From: Gemmatimonadales bacterium
GTDB taxonomy: Bacteria > Gemmatimonadota > Gemmatimonadetes > Gemmatimonadales > GWC2-71-9
Length of the DNA: 29,150 bases
Assembly (NCBI GenBank): GCA_041615815.1
Contig: JBFJCP010000042.1
Span: 1-29,150 of the forward strand
Reading direction: 5' to 3'
The notes under the pieces were generated by a model. It did no database searches. It was not told the DNA's origin and saw only the letters and a list, made by a program, of their open reading frames with translations. The position numbers were made by a program, and so were the translations under genes. Below, one piece after another: positions 6,958 to 15,500 of this stretch (positions are counted from its first letter, which is position 1; every line of letters begins with the position of its first letter).

Positions 6958-7857
6958 TCAACCCATCAGCGTCGCCAGCAGTGCCTTCTGAACATGTAAT
7001 CGGTTCTCTGCTTGATCGAAAACGCGCGATTGCGGGCCATCGATCACCGAATCCACCACTTCCTCTCCCCGATGCGCCGGCAGACAATGGAGGAAGATGG
7101 CATCCGGCGCCGCGAGCTGCATCAACTCGTCGTCGACGATAAACCCCTTGAAGGCGAGCTGGCGCGCCTCCGTCTCCGATTCCTGGCCCATGGAGGCCCA
7201 AACGTCCGTGTTCACCACGTGGGCGCCCCGCACCGCATCATCGGGATCCTCAAACATGGATATCCGGGTCGAACGCTTGGCCCATTCGAAGATCTCTCGA
7301 TCCGGTTCGTAGCCCTCGGGACACGCGAGTCGCATCTCGAAGCCCAGCAGACCCGCCGCGTGCAACCACGAGTTGGCTACGTTGTTCCCGTCACCAATCC
7401 ACGCAACCACCCGGCTCTGCCAACCGCCGAGGGCTTCCCGCACCGTGAGTAGATCGCCGAGGATCTGGCAGGGGTGAAGGCGATCCGTGAGGCCGTTGAT
7501 CACTGGCACGGTGGCATACCGGGCTAGCTCCTCCACGTCCGCTTGGTCGAACGTGCGGATCATGATGCCGTCCACGTACCGCGACAGCACTCGCGACGTG
7601 TCCTTGATGGGTTCACCGCGGCCCAGCTGTATGTCGCGGGCCGACAGGAACAACGCGTGCCCCCCCAGTTGAAAGGCGCCAGCCTCGAACGACACCCGCG
7701 TCCGCGTGCTGCTCTTCGTGAAGATCATCGCCAGCGTCTTGCCGGCCAGCGGCTTCTCTGCGTACGCACCGGCCTTCATCTGGGCAGCGAGATCCAGCAC
7801 ACTCACTAGATCAGAGGGCGTGAGATCGGGAATCTTGAGAAAATCGCGTTTCGGCAT
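6958..7857 (-). CDS. argF: Ornithine carbamoyltransferase (start probably ATG 7857, MPKRDFL)
   Basis: SSTRTRVSFE, HPCQ, GDGNNVA, DVWASMGQE, HCLP and QAENR. Confidence 0.95.
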   Translation of the reverse strand: MPKRDFLKIPDLTPSDLVSVLDLAAQMKAGAYAEKPLAGKTLAMIFTKSSTRTRVSFEAGAFQLGGHALFLSARDIQLGRGEPIKDTSRVLSRYVDGIMIRTFDQADVEELARYATVPVINGLTDRLHPCQILGDLLTVREALGGWQSRVVAWIGDGNNVANSWLHAAGLLGFEMRLACPEGYEPDREIFEWAKRSTRISMFEDPDDAVRGAHVVNTDVWASMGQESETEARQLAFKGFIVDDELMQLAAPDAIFLHCLPAHRGEEVVDSVIDGPQSRVFDQAENRLHVQKALLATLMG

Positions 7858-7900
7858 ATCGAGGGACACAGGTCGGCCAAATTGACAGCCTGGGCGAAGG

Positions 7901-7929
7901 ATTTTAGCAGCGCGGGCGGGAGGTGTAAA
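7901..7929 (-). promoter_or_regulatory. Sigma-70 promoter upstream of argF
   Basis: TTTACA-N17-TAAAAT with an extended -10 TG. Confidence 0.7.
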
Positions 7930-7941
7930 GGAGGTGTAAAG
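7920..7941. repeat. 11-bp perfect tandem direct repeat GAGGTGTAAAG x2 overlapping the argF -35
   Basis: Positions 7920-7930 and 7931-7941 are identical. Confidence 0.85.
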
Positions 7942-7963
7942 ATGGAATGGGGACCCGAGTCAG

Positions 7964-9505
7964 TCAGAGGATGTACTTTCGAAGGTCCTCGTCCTCCACG
8001 ATTCGAATCAGGCGCTCACGGACCGTCGCTTCGTCAAACTGGATCTGCTTTTCGTCCCGATCAGGAAGCTCGAAAAGGACGTCCTCCAACAGGGTGGTCA
8101 TCACGGTGTGAAGGCGCCGAGCGCCGATGTTTTCGGTTCGCTCGTTCATCATCATGGCGATCCGTGCAATCTCCGCCACGCCGTCGTCGGAGAATGAGAG
8201 CTCCGCCCCTTCTGCGGCACAGAGGGCTCGATACTGTTTGATCAGCGAGTTTTCCGGCTCCATCATGATCCGGACAAAATCCTCCTGGGTAAGCGAGCTC
8301 AACTCGACGCGAATGGGGAAGCGACCTTGAAGTTCCGGAATCAAGTCCGACGGCTTGGACACGTGAAACGCCCCAGCGGCTACGAACAAGACGTGATCCG
8401 TACGCACGTAGCCATAGCGCGTCTGGACAGTGGAGCCCTCGACGATCGGCAGCAGATCGCGCTGCACCCCTTCGCGGGAAATATCCGGACCGGTCTGACT
8501 CCGCTCCCCGGCGATCTTGTCGAGCTCATCTACAAAGATGATCCCGTGATTCTCCACCCGGTCGAGCGCCTCGTTGACCACATCGTCCATGTCTACGAGC
8601 TTCTTCAGCTCTTCGTCGAGCAGGATACGCCGCGCCTCGGTCAGCCGCACAACGCGCTTCTTGGTGCGTTTGGGCAGCATCTCCTGGAGCATCTCGGTGA
8701 AGTTCACATCAGGACCTTCCATCCCCGGCTGGGGTTGCATGAAGTCGAAAATCGGGAAAGCCTGCTGTGAGACTTCGATTTCGACCTCGCGGTCCTCCAG
8801 CTTCCCATCGCGGAGTAATTGGCGCAGCTTCTCGCGAGTTCGGCCTCGCCGCTCAGCGCCCTCCTCACCGTCCATCGCTTCCGCGTCCCCTCGGCGTACC
8901 TCCCCACCCGAGCTCACGATGAAGAGCTGCCGCCCGTCCTCGTCCTTGGTCTCGGCTGGCTCCTCCAGTTTCTCGGGGGCACGAGCGGTCTGAGGCGGTA
9001 CGGTGGGAGGAGCCGGCAGCAGAAGATCCAGCAGCCGATTCTCGGCGCGCTGTTCCGCCGTCGGATAGACATCGTCTTCGCGCTCGCCCCGAACCATGTT
9101 GATGGCGGCATCGACGAGGTCACGCACCATTGACTCGACATCGCGCCCCACGTATCCCACTTCCGTGAACTTCGAAGCCTCCACCTTGATGAAGGGCGCG
9201 CCGGCGAGACGTGCGAGCCGCCGAGCGATTTCGGTCTTTCCGACACCGGTGGGACCGATCATGATGATATTGTTCGGCAGGATCTCATCGCGGATCTCTT
9301 CCGATGCCCGCTGCCGCCGCCAACGATTCCGAATCGCGATGGCCACGGCTTTCTTGGCTGCACCCTGTCCCACGATATAGCGGTCCAGCTCCTGAACGAT
9401 TTGCCGCGGTGGTAGCTCCTCCAGCCACGGCAGGGGGTCGGGACCCGAGTCCGCCTGATTCAGTTTGCTGACAATCGTTTCAGCGTCTGCTGCCATGACG
9501 TTCAT
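7964..9505 (-). CDS. hslU: ATP-dependent protease ATPase subunit HslU
   Basis: IGPTGVGKTEIARRLA, KVEASKFTEVGYVG, FVDELDKI, GVQRDLLP and ENIGARRL. Exact start is uncertain. Confidence 0.97.
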   Translation of the reverse strand: MNVMAADAETIVSKLNQADSGPDPLPWLEELPPRQIVQELDRYIVGQGAAKKAVAIAIRNRWRRQRASEEIRDEILPNNIIMIGPTGVGKTEIARRLARLAGAPFIKVEASKFTEVGYVGRDVESMVRDLVDAAINMVRGEREDDVYPTAEQRAENRLLDLLLPAPPTVPPQTARAPEKLEEPAETKDEDGRQLFIVSSGGEVRRGDAEAMDGEEGAERRGRTREKLRQLLRDGKLEDREVEIEVSQQAFPIFDFMQPQPGMEGPDVNFTEMLQEMLPKRTKKRVVRLTEARRILLDEELKKLVDMDDVVNEALDRVENHGIIFVDELDKIAGERSQTGPDISREGVQRDLLPIVEGSTVQTRYGYVRTDHVLFVAAGAFHVSKPSDLIPELQGRFPIRVELSSLTQEDFVRIMMEPENSLIKQYRALCAAEGAELSFSDDGVAEIARIAMMMNERTENIGARRLHTVMTTLLEDVLFELPDRDEKQIQFDEATVRERLIRIVEDEDLRKYIL

Positions 9506-9559
9506 CTCTCATTGTGGCCTCCGCCGCATGGCGGGGGCTCTCGGTTGCGCCTGCCGTCG

Positions 9560-10114
9560 TCACGCTCCGGTGCCCGCGTCCAACTCGAGTACCGTGATGT
9601 GCCGATTGGTAAAGACGCAAATATCCGCCGCGATCTCCATGGCCCGACGAACGATGGCGTCAGCGGAAAGTGCGTCGTTGTCCGCAAGGGCACGAGCGGC
9701 GGCCAAGGCGTAGTTCCCACCACTCCCAATGGCCAGGATGCCGTCGTCCGGCTCCATCAGCTCTCCCGTCCCCGAAATAAGGAATACGTGATTCGTGTTT
9801 GCCACTGCCAAGAGCGCCTCGAGGCGGCGGAGCACCCGATCGCTCCGCCAGTCCTTGGCGAGTTCGACAGCCGCCCGTGGCAGGTTGTCCGGAAACCGCT
9901 TGATCTTCTCTTCGAACTTCTCAAAGAGGGTCAGCGCGTCCGCCACGGCACCGGCGAAGCCGGCGAGCACACGCCCGTCGGCCAGCTTTCGGATCTTGTT
10001 CGCATGGGCCTTCATCACGGTATCACCGATCGTGACCTGGCCGTCTCCGCCCATGGCCACCCGCCCGTCTTTCAGTACGCACAGAATCGTTGTAGCCTGT
10101 GCAGTCGGGGTCAT
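9560..10114 (-). CDS. hslV: ATP-dependent protease peptidase subunit HslV
   Basis: Short propeptide then A|TTIL (N-terminal Thr nucleophile), [15 protein letters not shown] and IGSGG. Confidence 0.97.
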   Translation of the reverse strand: MTPTAQATTILCVLKDGRVAMGGDGQVTIGDTVMKAHANKIRKLADGRVLAGFAGAVADALTLFEKFEEKIKRFPDNLPRAAVELAKDWRSDRVLRRLEALLAVANTNHVFLISGTGELMEPDDGILAIGSGGNYALAAARALADNDALSADAIVRRAMEIAADICVFTNRHITVLELDAGTGA

Positions 10115-10120
10115 GCTCGC

Positions 10121-11083
10121 TTATGCCCTCGGATGCGAATGTTGGTACACCTTCTTGAGACGCTCCACACTCGTATGAGTATACACTTGGGTGGTGCTGA
10201 GCGAAGAGTGCCCCAGGAGTTCCTGGACGGCGCGGAGGTCCGCTCCAGCGTCCAGGAGGTGAGTGGCGAAGCTGTGCCGTAGACTGTGGGGGCTGGCGTC
10301 CGTCGTGCGTCCCAGATTCTGAAGCAATTGTCGCATGACGTATTGAACACCGCGCGGGCTGAGCCGCCTCCCACGCTGCGAGAGGAAGAGGGCTCGCTTG
10401 GCATCGGTGCTCGCACCGCGCCGCTCGAGCACCACCTCGCGCTGAGGATAGTACCGGCGCAGGGCCCGACCGGCGTGGCTTCCCAGCGGTAGAATACGCT
10501 CCTTGCGCCCTTTCCCTCGAACCTTCACCTGGTCCGACACGAGATCCACATCCGACACGTTCAGCCCTACGAGCTCCGATAGTCGCATCCCTGCCGCGTA
10601 AAACAGCTCGACCATCGCCAAGTTGCGGGTTTCGCGGAAACCATCGCGGCGCGCCAACCATTCCAGGTATTCGAACAGCCAATCGATCTCAGAGCGATCC
10701 AATACCGCGGGGAGGCGGCGCTCGAGCTTGGGTAACCGAACCGCCCGCACGGGATCGTTGTCCACCCCGTATCGAATGCCGAGGAAATGATAGAACGTGC
10801 GAAGCGCAGAGACCGCCCGAGCAACGGACCGTTTTGCCAGCCCGCGGCGGCGCAGCTCGCTCATGAAGCTTCGTACGGCCAGCCGATCGACCGTGGACCA
10901 GTCCCACCGTGCCGGGCCACCGTAGTAGGTGTCGCAGAAGTCCTGGAAGCCGGCAAGATCCCGCGTGTACGCTTGGACGGTATTCGGGGAGTCGTTGCGT
11001 TCGTCTTCGAGATACCGGTGAAATTCACGAGCCTCCGGCCGGCTCCCGGGCGTCGCCGGGCCTCGCGCGCGCCGTGGCCTCAC
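10121..11083 (-). CDS. xerC: Tyrosine recombinase XerC
   Basis: GMRLSEL, GKGRKER, HSLRHSFATH, LGH and TTQVYTH; conserved trmFO-xerC-hslVU context. Confidence 0.9.
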   Translation of the reverse strand: MRPRRARGPATPGSRPEAREFHRYLEDERNDSPNTVQAYTRDLAGFQDFCDTYYGGPARWDWSTVDRLAVRSFMSELRRRGLAKRSVARAVSALRTFYHFLGIRYGVDNDPVRAVRLPKLERRLPAVLDRSEIDWLFEYLEWLARRDGFRETRNLAMVELFYAAGMRLSELVGLNVSDVDLVSDQVKVRGKGRKERILPLGSHAGRALRRYYPQREVVLERRGASTDAKRALFLSQRGRRLSPRGVQYVMRQLLQNLGRTTDASPHSLRHSFATHLLDAGADLRAVQELLGHSSLSTTQVYTHTSVERLKKVYQHSHPRA

Positions 11084-12393
11084 GCCGGCACAGCCGCGAC
11101 GCGCTCGGCAAATCCACGCATGGCATTCATGGCGCGGTCAGCCAGTAGCTCGCGTTTTCGCCGTTTGTCACGCACGCCCTGCCCGAGGGGTGGCAGGAGC
11201 CCGAAGTTGGCGTTCATTGGCTGAAAGTGGGCCGGCGACGCGTCGGTGAGATACGCCATCAGCGCACCCAGCATCGTCGTGCGCGGCGGGATGCATGGCT
11301 CGAGTCCGTCCAGCAGACGGGCGAGGTTGATTCCGGCAAGCAGACCCGTGGCAAGAGATTCGGTGTACCCTTCCACCCCTACGAGCTGCCCTGCAAACAA
11401 CAAGCTTGGCTCGTCCCGCGTCGAGAGATGCGGCGTGAGGGACGCGGGCGCATTGAGATAGGTGTTCCTGTGCACGCTTCCGTAGCGATAGAATTCGGCG
11501 TTGCCGAGTCCCGGAATGGACCGAAAGACACTTCGCTGCTCACCCGTCCGTAACCGCGTCTGGAATCCCACGAGATTCCACATCTGTCCCGCACGATCCT
11601 CTCTTCGAAGTTGGACCACGGCATGCGGGATCTTGCCGGTCGTGGGATCGGGAAGGCCCACTGGCTTCATGGGGCCAAATCGGGGGGTCTCGCGCCCGCG
11701 GCGGGCCATTTCTTCGATAGGAAGACATCCCTCGAAGTAGGGAATGGGATCGAAGGCTTGGCCGGGATATTGATCAGCGACGAGTAACGCGTCGATGAAT
11801 CGCTCGTATTCCTCACGGTCGAGTGGAGCGTTGAGAAAATCATCTCCCTGGCCCTTGCCGTATCTCGAGGCCGCATAGAGCTGCGAACGGTCGAGCATGT
11901 CATTGCCCACGATGGGAGCGATCGAGTCGTAGAACGCCAACGAGTCAATACCCAACCGATCAGCGATGACGTCCGTGAGCGCGTCCGACGTGAGGGGACC
12001 AGTGGCCACCACGGCTGGCGACCGTAACTCGGTCACCTCCGCGCGCTCCACGCTGATGTTCGGATGGCCGGTGATCCGCTTGGTCACCGCTGCGCCGAAC
12101 GCCTCGCGATCGACGGTGAGGGCCGATCCTCCAGGAATCCGAGACGCGTGCGCGGCCTGCAGAAGAACACTTCCCAACACGCCAAGCTCGGCCTTGAGAA
12201 GACCGTGCGCATTGGTCACATCGAGGGATTTGAAGGTGTTACTACAGACCAGCTCGCCGAGCTGTTCAGTTTGGTGGGCCGGTGTGGACAGCCGGGGACG
12301 CATCTCGTACAGTGTCACGGCCACCCCTCGCTCGGCGAGTGCCCACGCGGCCTCGCTTCCGGCGAGGCCGCCGCCGACCACCGTGGCCTTCAC
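11080..12393 (-). CDS. trmFO: Folate/FAD-dependent tRNA (U54) methyltransferase TrmFO (start GTG 12393 overlapping the topA stop)
   Basis: GGGLAGSEAA, ELVCSN, YFEGCLPIE, FGPMKPVGL, GFQTRL, GVEGY and QPMNANFG. Confidence 0.95.
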   Translation of the reverse strand: MKATVVGGGLAGSEAAWALAERGVAVTLYEMRPRLSTPAHQTEQLGELVCSNTFKSLDVTNAHGLLKAELGVLGSVLLQAAHASRIPGGSALTVDREAFGAAVTKRITGHPNISVERAEVTELRSPAVVATGPLTSDALTDVIADRLGIDSLAFYDSIAPIVGNDMLDRSQLYAASRYGKGQGDDFLNAPLDREEYERFIDALLVADQYPGQAFDPIPYFEGCLPIEEMARRGRETPRFGPMKPVGLPDPTTGKIPHAVVQLRREDRAGQMWNLVGFQTRLRTGEQRSVFRSIPGLGNAEFYRYGSVHRNTYLNAPASLTPHLSTRDEPSLLFAGQLVGVEGYTESLATGLLAGINLARLLDGLEPCIPPRTTMLGALMAYLTDASPAHFQPMNANFGLLPPLGQGVRDKRRKRELLADRAMNAMRGFAERVAAVPA

Positions 12394-14714
12394 GTCGTTG
12401 CCGGCTCGCCTGCCGCCTCCTCGAGCGTGAACTCTTCCTCGCACTTCAGACAGCGACGATAATCGCCGCGGGCTTTCGTAGACCGCTGCTCCGAGCCGGG
12501 GAACTCGCACGCCGGACATGCATCCGGTCCCGGACGGTACCACGTCGAGAACGTGCAGTCGGGATAGTTGGCACACCCGTAGAACGACCGACCCCGGCGT
12601 GTGCGCCGCTCGGTGAGGTCACCCCCGCATTGAGGACAAGGCACGCCAAGCGGGACGGGGCGCGTATGCTTGCACTCGGGGTAGCGCGTGCATGCGAGAA
12701 ACTCACCGTACCGTCCCGTCTTGATGACCATGGGTGCGTCGCACTCCCGACACGTCTCGTCGGTAGGCCGATCGGGCGCTTTGTCCCGCTTGAGCGGTCG
12801 CGTATAGCGGCATTCGGGATAATTGGTGCAGGCGATGAACGGACCAAACCGGCCACTCTTCACGGTGAGCTTGCCGCTGCATTCAGGACACGCTTCCTTG
12901 TCGAGATCCGAGACATCATACGCCTCGCGGATCATGGCTTCCGTATCGACGGACTCGAGGGCCTTGGAGAAGGGACCATAGAAATCCGCGAGTACGCGCT
13001 GCCATCCCAGGGCTCCTTCCTCGACTTTGTCGAGCTCGTTCTCCATCTGTGACGTGAACTCGACATTGAAGATGTCCGGAAAGCGACTCACCATCACTTT
13101 CGCGACGGTTTCACCGAGGTCGGTGGGATGAAATCTCCGTTTCTCCATGCGCACGTACCCACGATCTCGAAGGGTCGAGACGATGGTGCTGTACGTACTA
13201 GGCCGCCCAATTCCGAGTTTCTCGAGCTCCTTGACCAGGCTCGCTTCGCTGAAGCGTGGCGGCGGCTCGGTGAAATGTTGGTTGGGCTCGATGGCGAGCA
13301 CCGTCGCCTCGTCACCCTCGGCCAACGGTGGAATTGGTGAAAGATCCTCAAAAGTCTCTTCGTCACCCTGTTCCTTGGCCTCGTAGTAGATGACATGGAA
13401 GCCATCGAACACGACAACGGACCCCGTGGCGCGGAACAGGTACTTGCCGAGATCGAAGTCCACCGTGGTCGTGTCGTACACGGCCGGTGTCATTTGTGAC
13501 GCGACGAATCGCTGCCAGACGACCTGATACAGCTTGAATTGATCCGCACTGAGGTGCTTCTTGATGTGCTCGGGGCGTCGCGTCACATCCGTGGGACGAA
13601 TCGCCTCGTGGGCGTCTTGAGCGCGAGCCGATTTCTTGGTTTTGTACACATTGGGCTTCTCCGGCAGATACGGCTCGGCGTAGCTCGCGCCGATGAACGC
13701 CCGAACCGCGTCGAGCGCCGATCCGGCCACGCGGGTCGAATCCGTACGCATGTACGTGATCAGACCCACGGCGCCTTCGTCGCCCAGCTCCACGCCCTCG
13801 TAGAGTTGCTGCGCGATCCGCATCGTGCGGCTCGCCGAGAAACTGAGGCGCTTGGCTGCCTCCTGCTGCAGTGTGCTCGTGATAAAGGGTGCCGCCGGTC
13901 GCTTGCGCCGTTGCTTCTTCTCCACCGAGGTGACGACGAACGGCTTGCCCTCGACCTCGGACACGACGTTCCGTGCGTCCTGCTCCGAATGGAGCGACGG
14001 CTTCTTTCCCTCCACTTTATGCAGCTTCGCCGTGAACTGCTTTTGTTCCGCTTCGAGTTGCGCCTCGATGGACCAATACTCCTGGGGCTCGAAAGCGCGG
14101 ATCTCCTGCTCCCGTTCGACGAGGAGGCGGAGCGCAACGGTCTGAACGCGGCCGGCGGACAGGCCGGTCTTGACCGACTTCCACAGCAGCGGGCTCGCCT
14201 TGTAGCCCACCAACCGATCCAGAATGCGCCGCGCCTGTTGGGCTTCCACCTTGCGACCGTCGATGTCCTGGGGATGGTCCAATGCTTCAGCGACCGCATC
14301 CTTCGTAATCTCGTGGAACCGAATGCGCCGCACCTTGTTGCCGTTCCCAATGTGCTCGGCAACGTGCCACGCAATGGCCTCGCCTTCCCGATCCGGGTCG
14401 GTTGCCAGGAACACGGTATCGGAATCCTTGGCCGCCTTCTTGAGTTCGGCCAGGGTCTTTCCCTTGCCCCTGATCGTCACGTACTTGGGTGCGAATCCCT
14501 TATCGACATCCACGCCCAGCTGGCGCTGGGGCAGGTCCCGGATGTGCCCCACCGTCGCCTTGACGGTGAAGTCCGCTCCCAGATACCGGCCAATGGTCTT
14601 GGCCTTCGTGGGAGACTCGACGACGACGAGCCTATTCTTCTTCCTACTCCTACTCGTCTTGGTACTCTTACTCGTCGTCTTCTTTGCGGCTTTCTTCGTT
14701 CGCTTCGTGGCCAT
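12390..14714 (-). CDS. topA: DNA topoisomerase I with C-terminal zinc ribbons (start reassigned to ATG 14714)
   Basis: VVESPTKAKT, ATDPDREGE, SAGRVQT, LITYMRTD, GIGRPSTY and repeated CxxC...C-YPxC ribbons; SD AGAGGA before ATG 14714. Confidence 0.97.
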   Translation of the reverse strand: MATKRTKKAAKKTTSKSTKTSRSRKKNRLVVVESPTKAKTIGRYLGADFTVKATVGHIRDLPQRQLGVDVDKGFAPKYVTIRGKGKTLAELKKAAKDSDTVFLATDPDREGEAIAWHVAEHIGNGNKVRRIRFHEITKDAVAEALDHPQDIDGRKVEAQQARRILDRLVGYKASPLLWKSVKTGLSAGRVQTVALRLLVEREQEIRAFEPQEYWSIEAQLEAEQKQFTAKLHKVEGKKPSLHSEQDARNVVSEVEGKPFVVTSVEKKQRRKRPAAPFITSTLQQEAAKRLSFSASRTMRIAQQLYEGVELGDEGAVGLITYMRTDSTRVAGSALDAVRAFIGASYAEPYLPEKPNVYKTKKSARAQDAHEAIRPTDVTRRPEHIKKHLSADQFKLYQVVWQRFVASQMTPAVYDTTTVDFDLGKYLFRATGSVVVFDGFHVIYYEAKEQGDEETFEDLSPIPPLAEGDEATVLAIEPNQHFTEPPPRFSEASLVKELEKLGIGRPSTYSTIVSTLRDRGYVRMEKRRFHPTDLGETVAKVMVSRFPDIFNVEFTSQMENELDKVEEGALGWQRVLADFYGPFSKALESVDTEAMIREAYDVSDLDKEACPECSGKLTVKSGRFGPFIACTNYPECRYTRPLKRDKAPDRPTDETCRECDAPMVIKTGRYGEFLACTRYPECKHTRPVPLGVPCPQCGGDLTERRTRRGRSFYGCANYPDCTFSTWYRPGPDACPACEFPGSEQRSTKARGDYRRCLKCEEEFTLEEAAGEPATT

Positions 14715-14868
14715 AATCCTCTTTATAGGCAACCGGGGGAGGTGCGATTGTGAGATCCGGCACATGGGCCCCCGGGACGCCTCCCAGTTGTCATGCGCTC
14801 CTGGTGTCAACGTTCCGTCAACTGACTAACCGCCCACCGGTCCGCAGTTCCAGGTGTGGAAGGCCAGA

Positions 14869-14900
14869 GGCCTAGGGGGAGCGGCGTTCCCACCTAGGCC
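14869..14900. other. Strong hairpin in the aroK-topA spacer
   Basis: GGCCTAGG-GGGAGC-GGC-GTTCCC-A-CCTAGGCC inverted repeat with no U tract. Confidence 0.55.
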
Positions 14901-14917
14901 ATCGTACCGTAAGCTGT

Positions 14918-14926
14918 ATTATACCA
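14918..14926 (-). promoter_or_regulatory. Extended -10 promoter TGgTATAAT upstream of topA
   Basis: Perfect TGnTATAAT in an AT-rich island of a GC-rich spacer, oriented to topA. Confidence 0.55.
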
Positions 14927-14981
14927 ATCACTTATAGAGCTCACAGGACCGCCGGCCCACGGACGGCGGGGGGCGGCATTA

Positions 14982-15500
14982 TTACCACCCCACCCGAGAT
15001 CGCGCAAGCTCAACTACCGCCGCGGCCACCGCTGCTGCGGTGCGGTCTTGGGTGGACACGGTCAGATCGGCCTGCTCGTAGAACGGTGCACGGAGGGTCA
15101 GCAGTTCCTCCATGCGCCCCTCCGGATGCCTTCCTTGGAGGAGGGGTCGAGTGTCGCTGGCCGCCGCCCGGGCCGCGGCGGGTGGAGGGGGCGTTTCAAG
15201 ATAGACGATCACCGCGTGAGCGCGCGCGCGCTCCAGTGCGCCGGGCTGGGCGGCCCACCCCCCGCCCGTGGCGATGATCGCCGGCTCGTTATTGAGGGCT
15301 CGGTCGGTTTCCTCGAGCTCCAGAGTCCGGAACCGGGGCTCTCCCTCCTCGTCGAAGATGCGCGCAATCGTCTTCCCAGCTCGAACCTCGACGACCGCGT
15401 CGATATCGACGAAGGGGTATCCGACCGTCCGAGCGATCTGGCGGCCCACACTGGTCTTGCCCGATCCGGGTAGACCGATCAGCAGGAGGTGACGCTTCAC
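14982..15500 (-). CDS. aroK: Shikimate kinase
   Basis: GLPGSGKT, DID, GEPRFR, ATGGG and RPLL; GTGA overlap with aroC. Confidence 0.95.
   Translation of the reverse strand: MKRHLLLIGLPGSGKTSVGRQIARTVGYPFVDIDAVVEVRAGKTIARIFDEEGEPRFRTLELEETDRALNNEPAIIATGGGWAAQPGALERARAHAVIVYLETPPPPAAARAAASDTRPLLQGRHPEGRMEELLTLRAPFYEQADLTVSTQDRTAAAVAAAVVELARSRVGW

Noticed and set aside
7881..7910. Plus-strand TTGACA as an antisense promoter into hslU
   Set aside because: No convincing -10 at 16-18 nt.
10121..11083. Tyrosine recombinase as a phage or island integrase
   Set aside because: XerC-type sequence in housekeeping synteny; no att repeats, tRNA or cargo genes.
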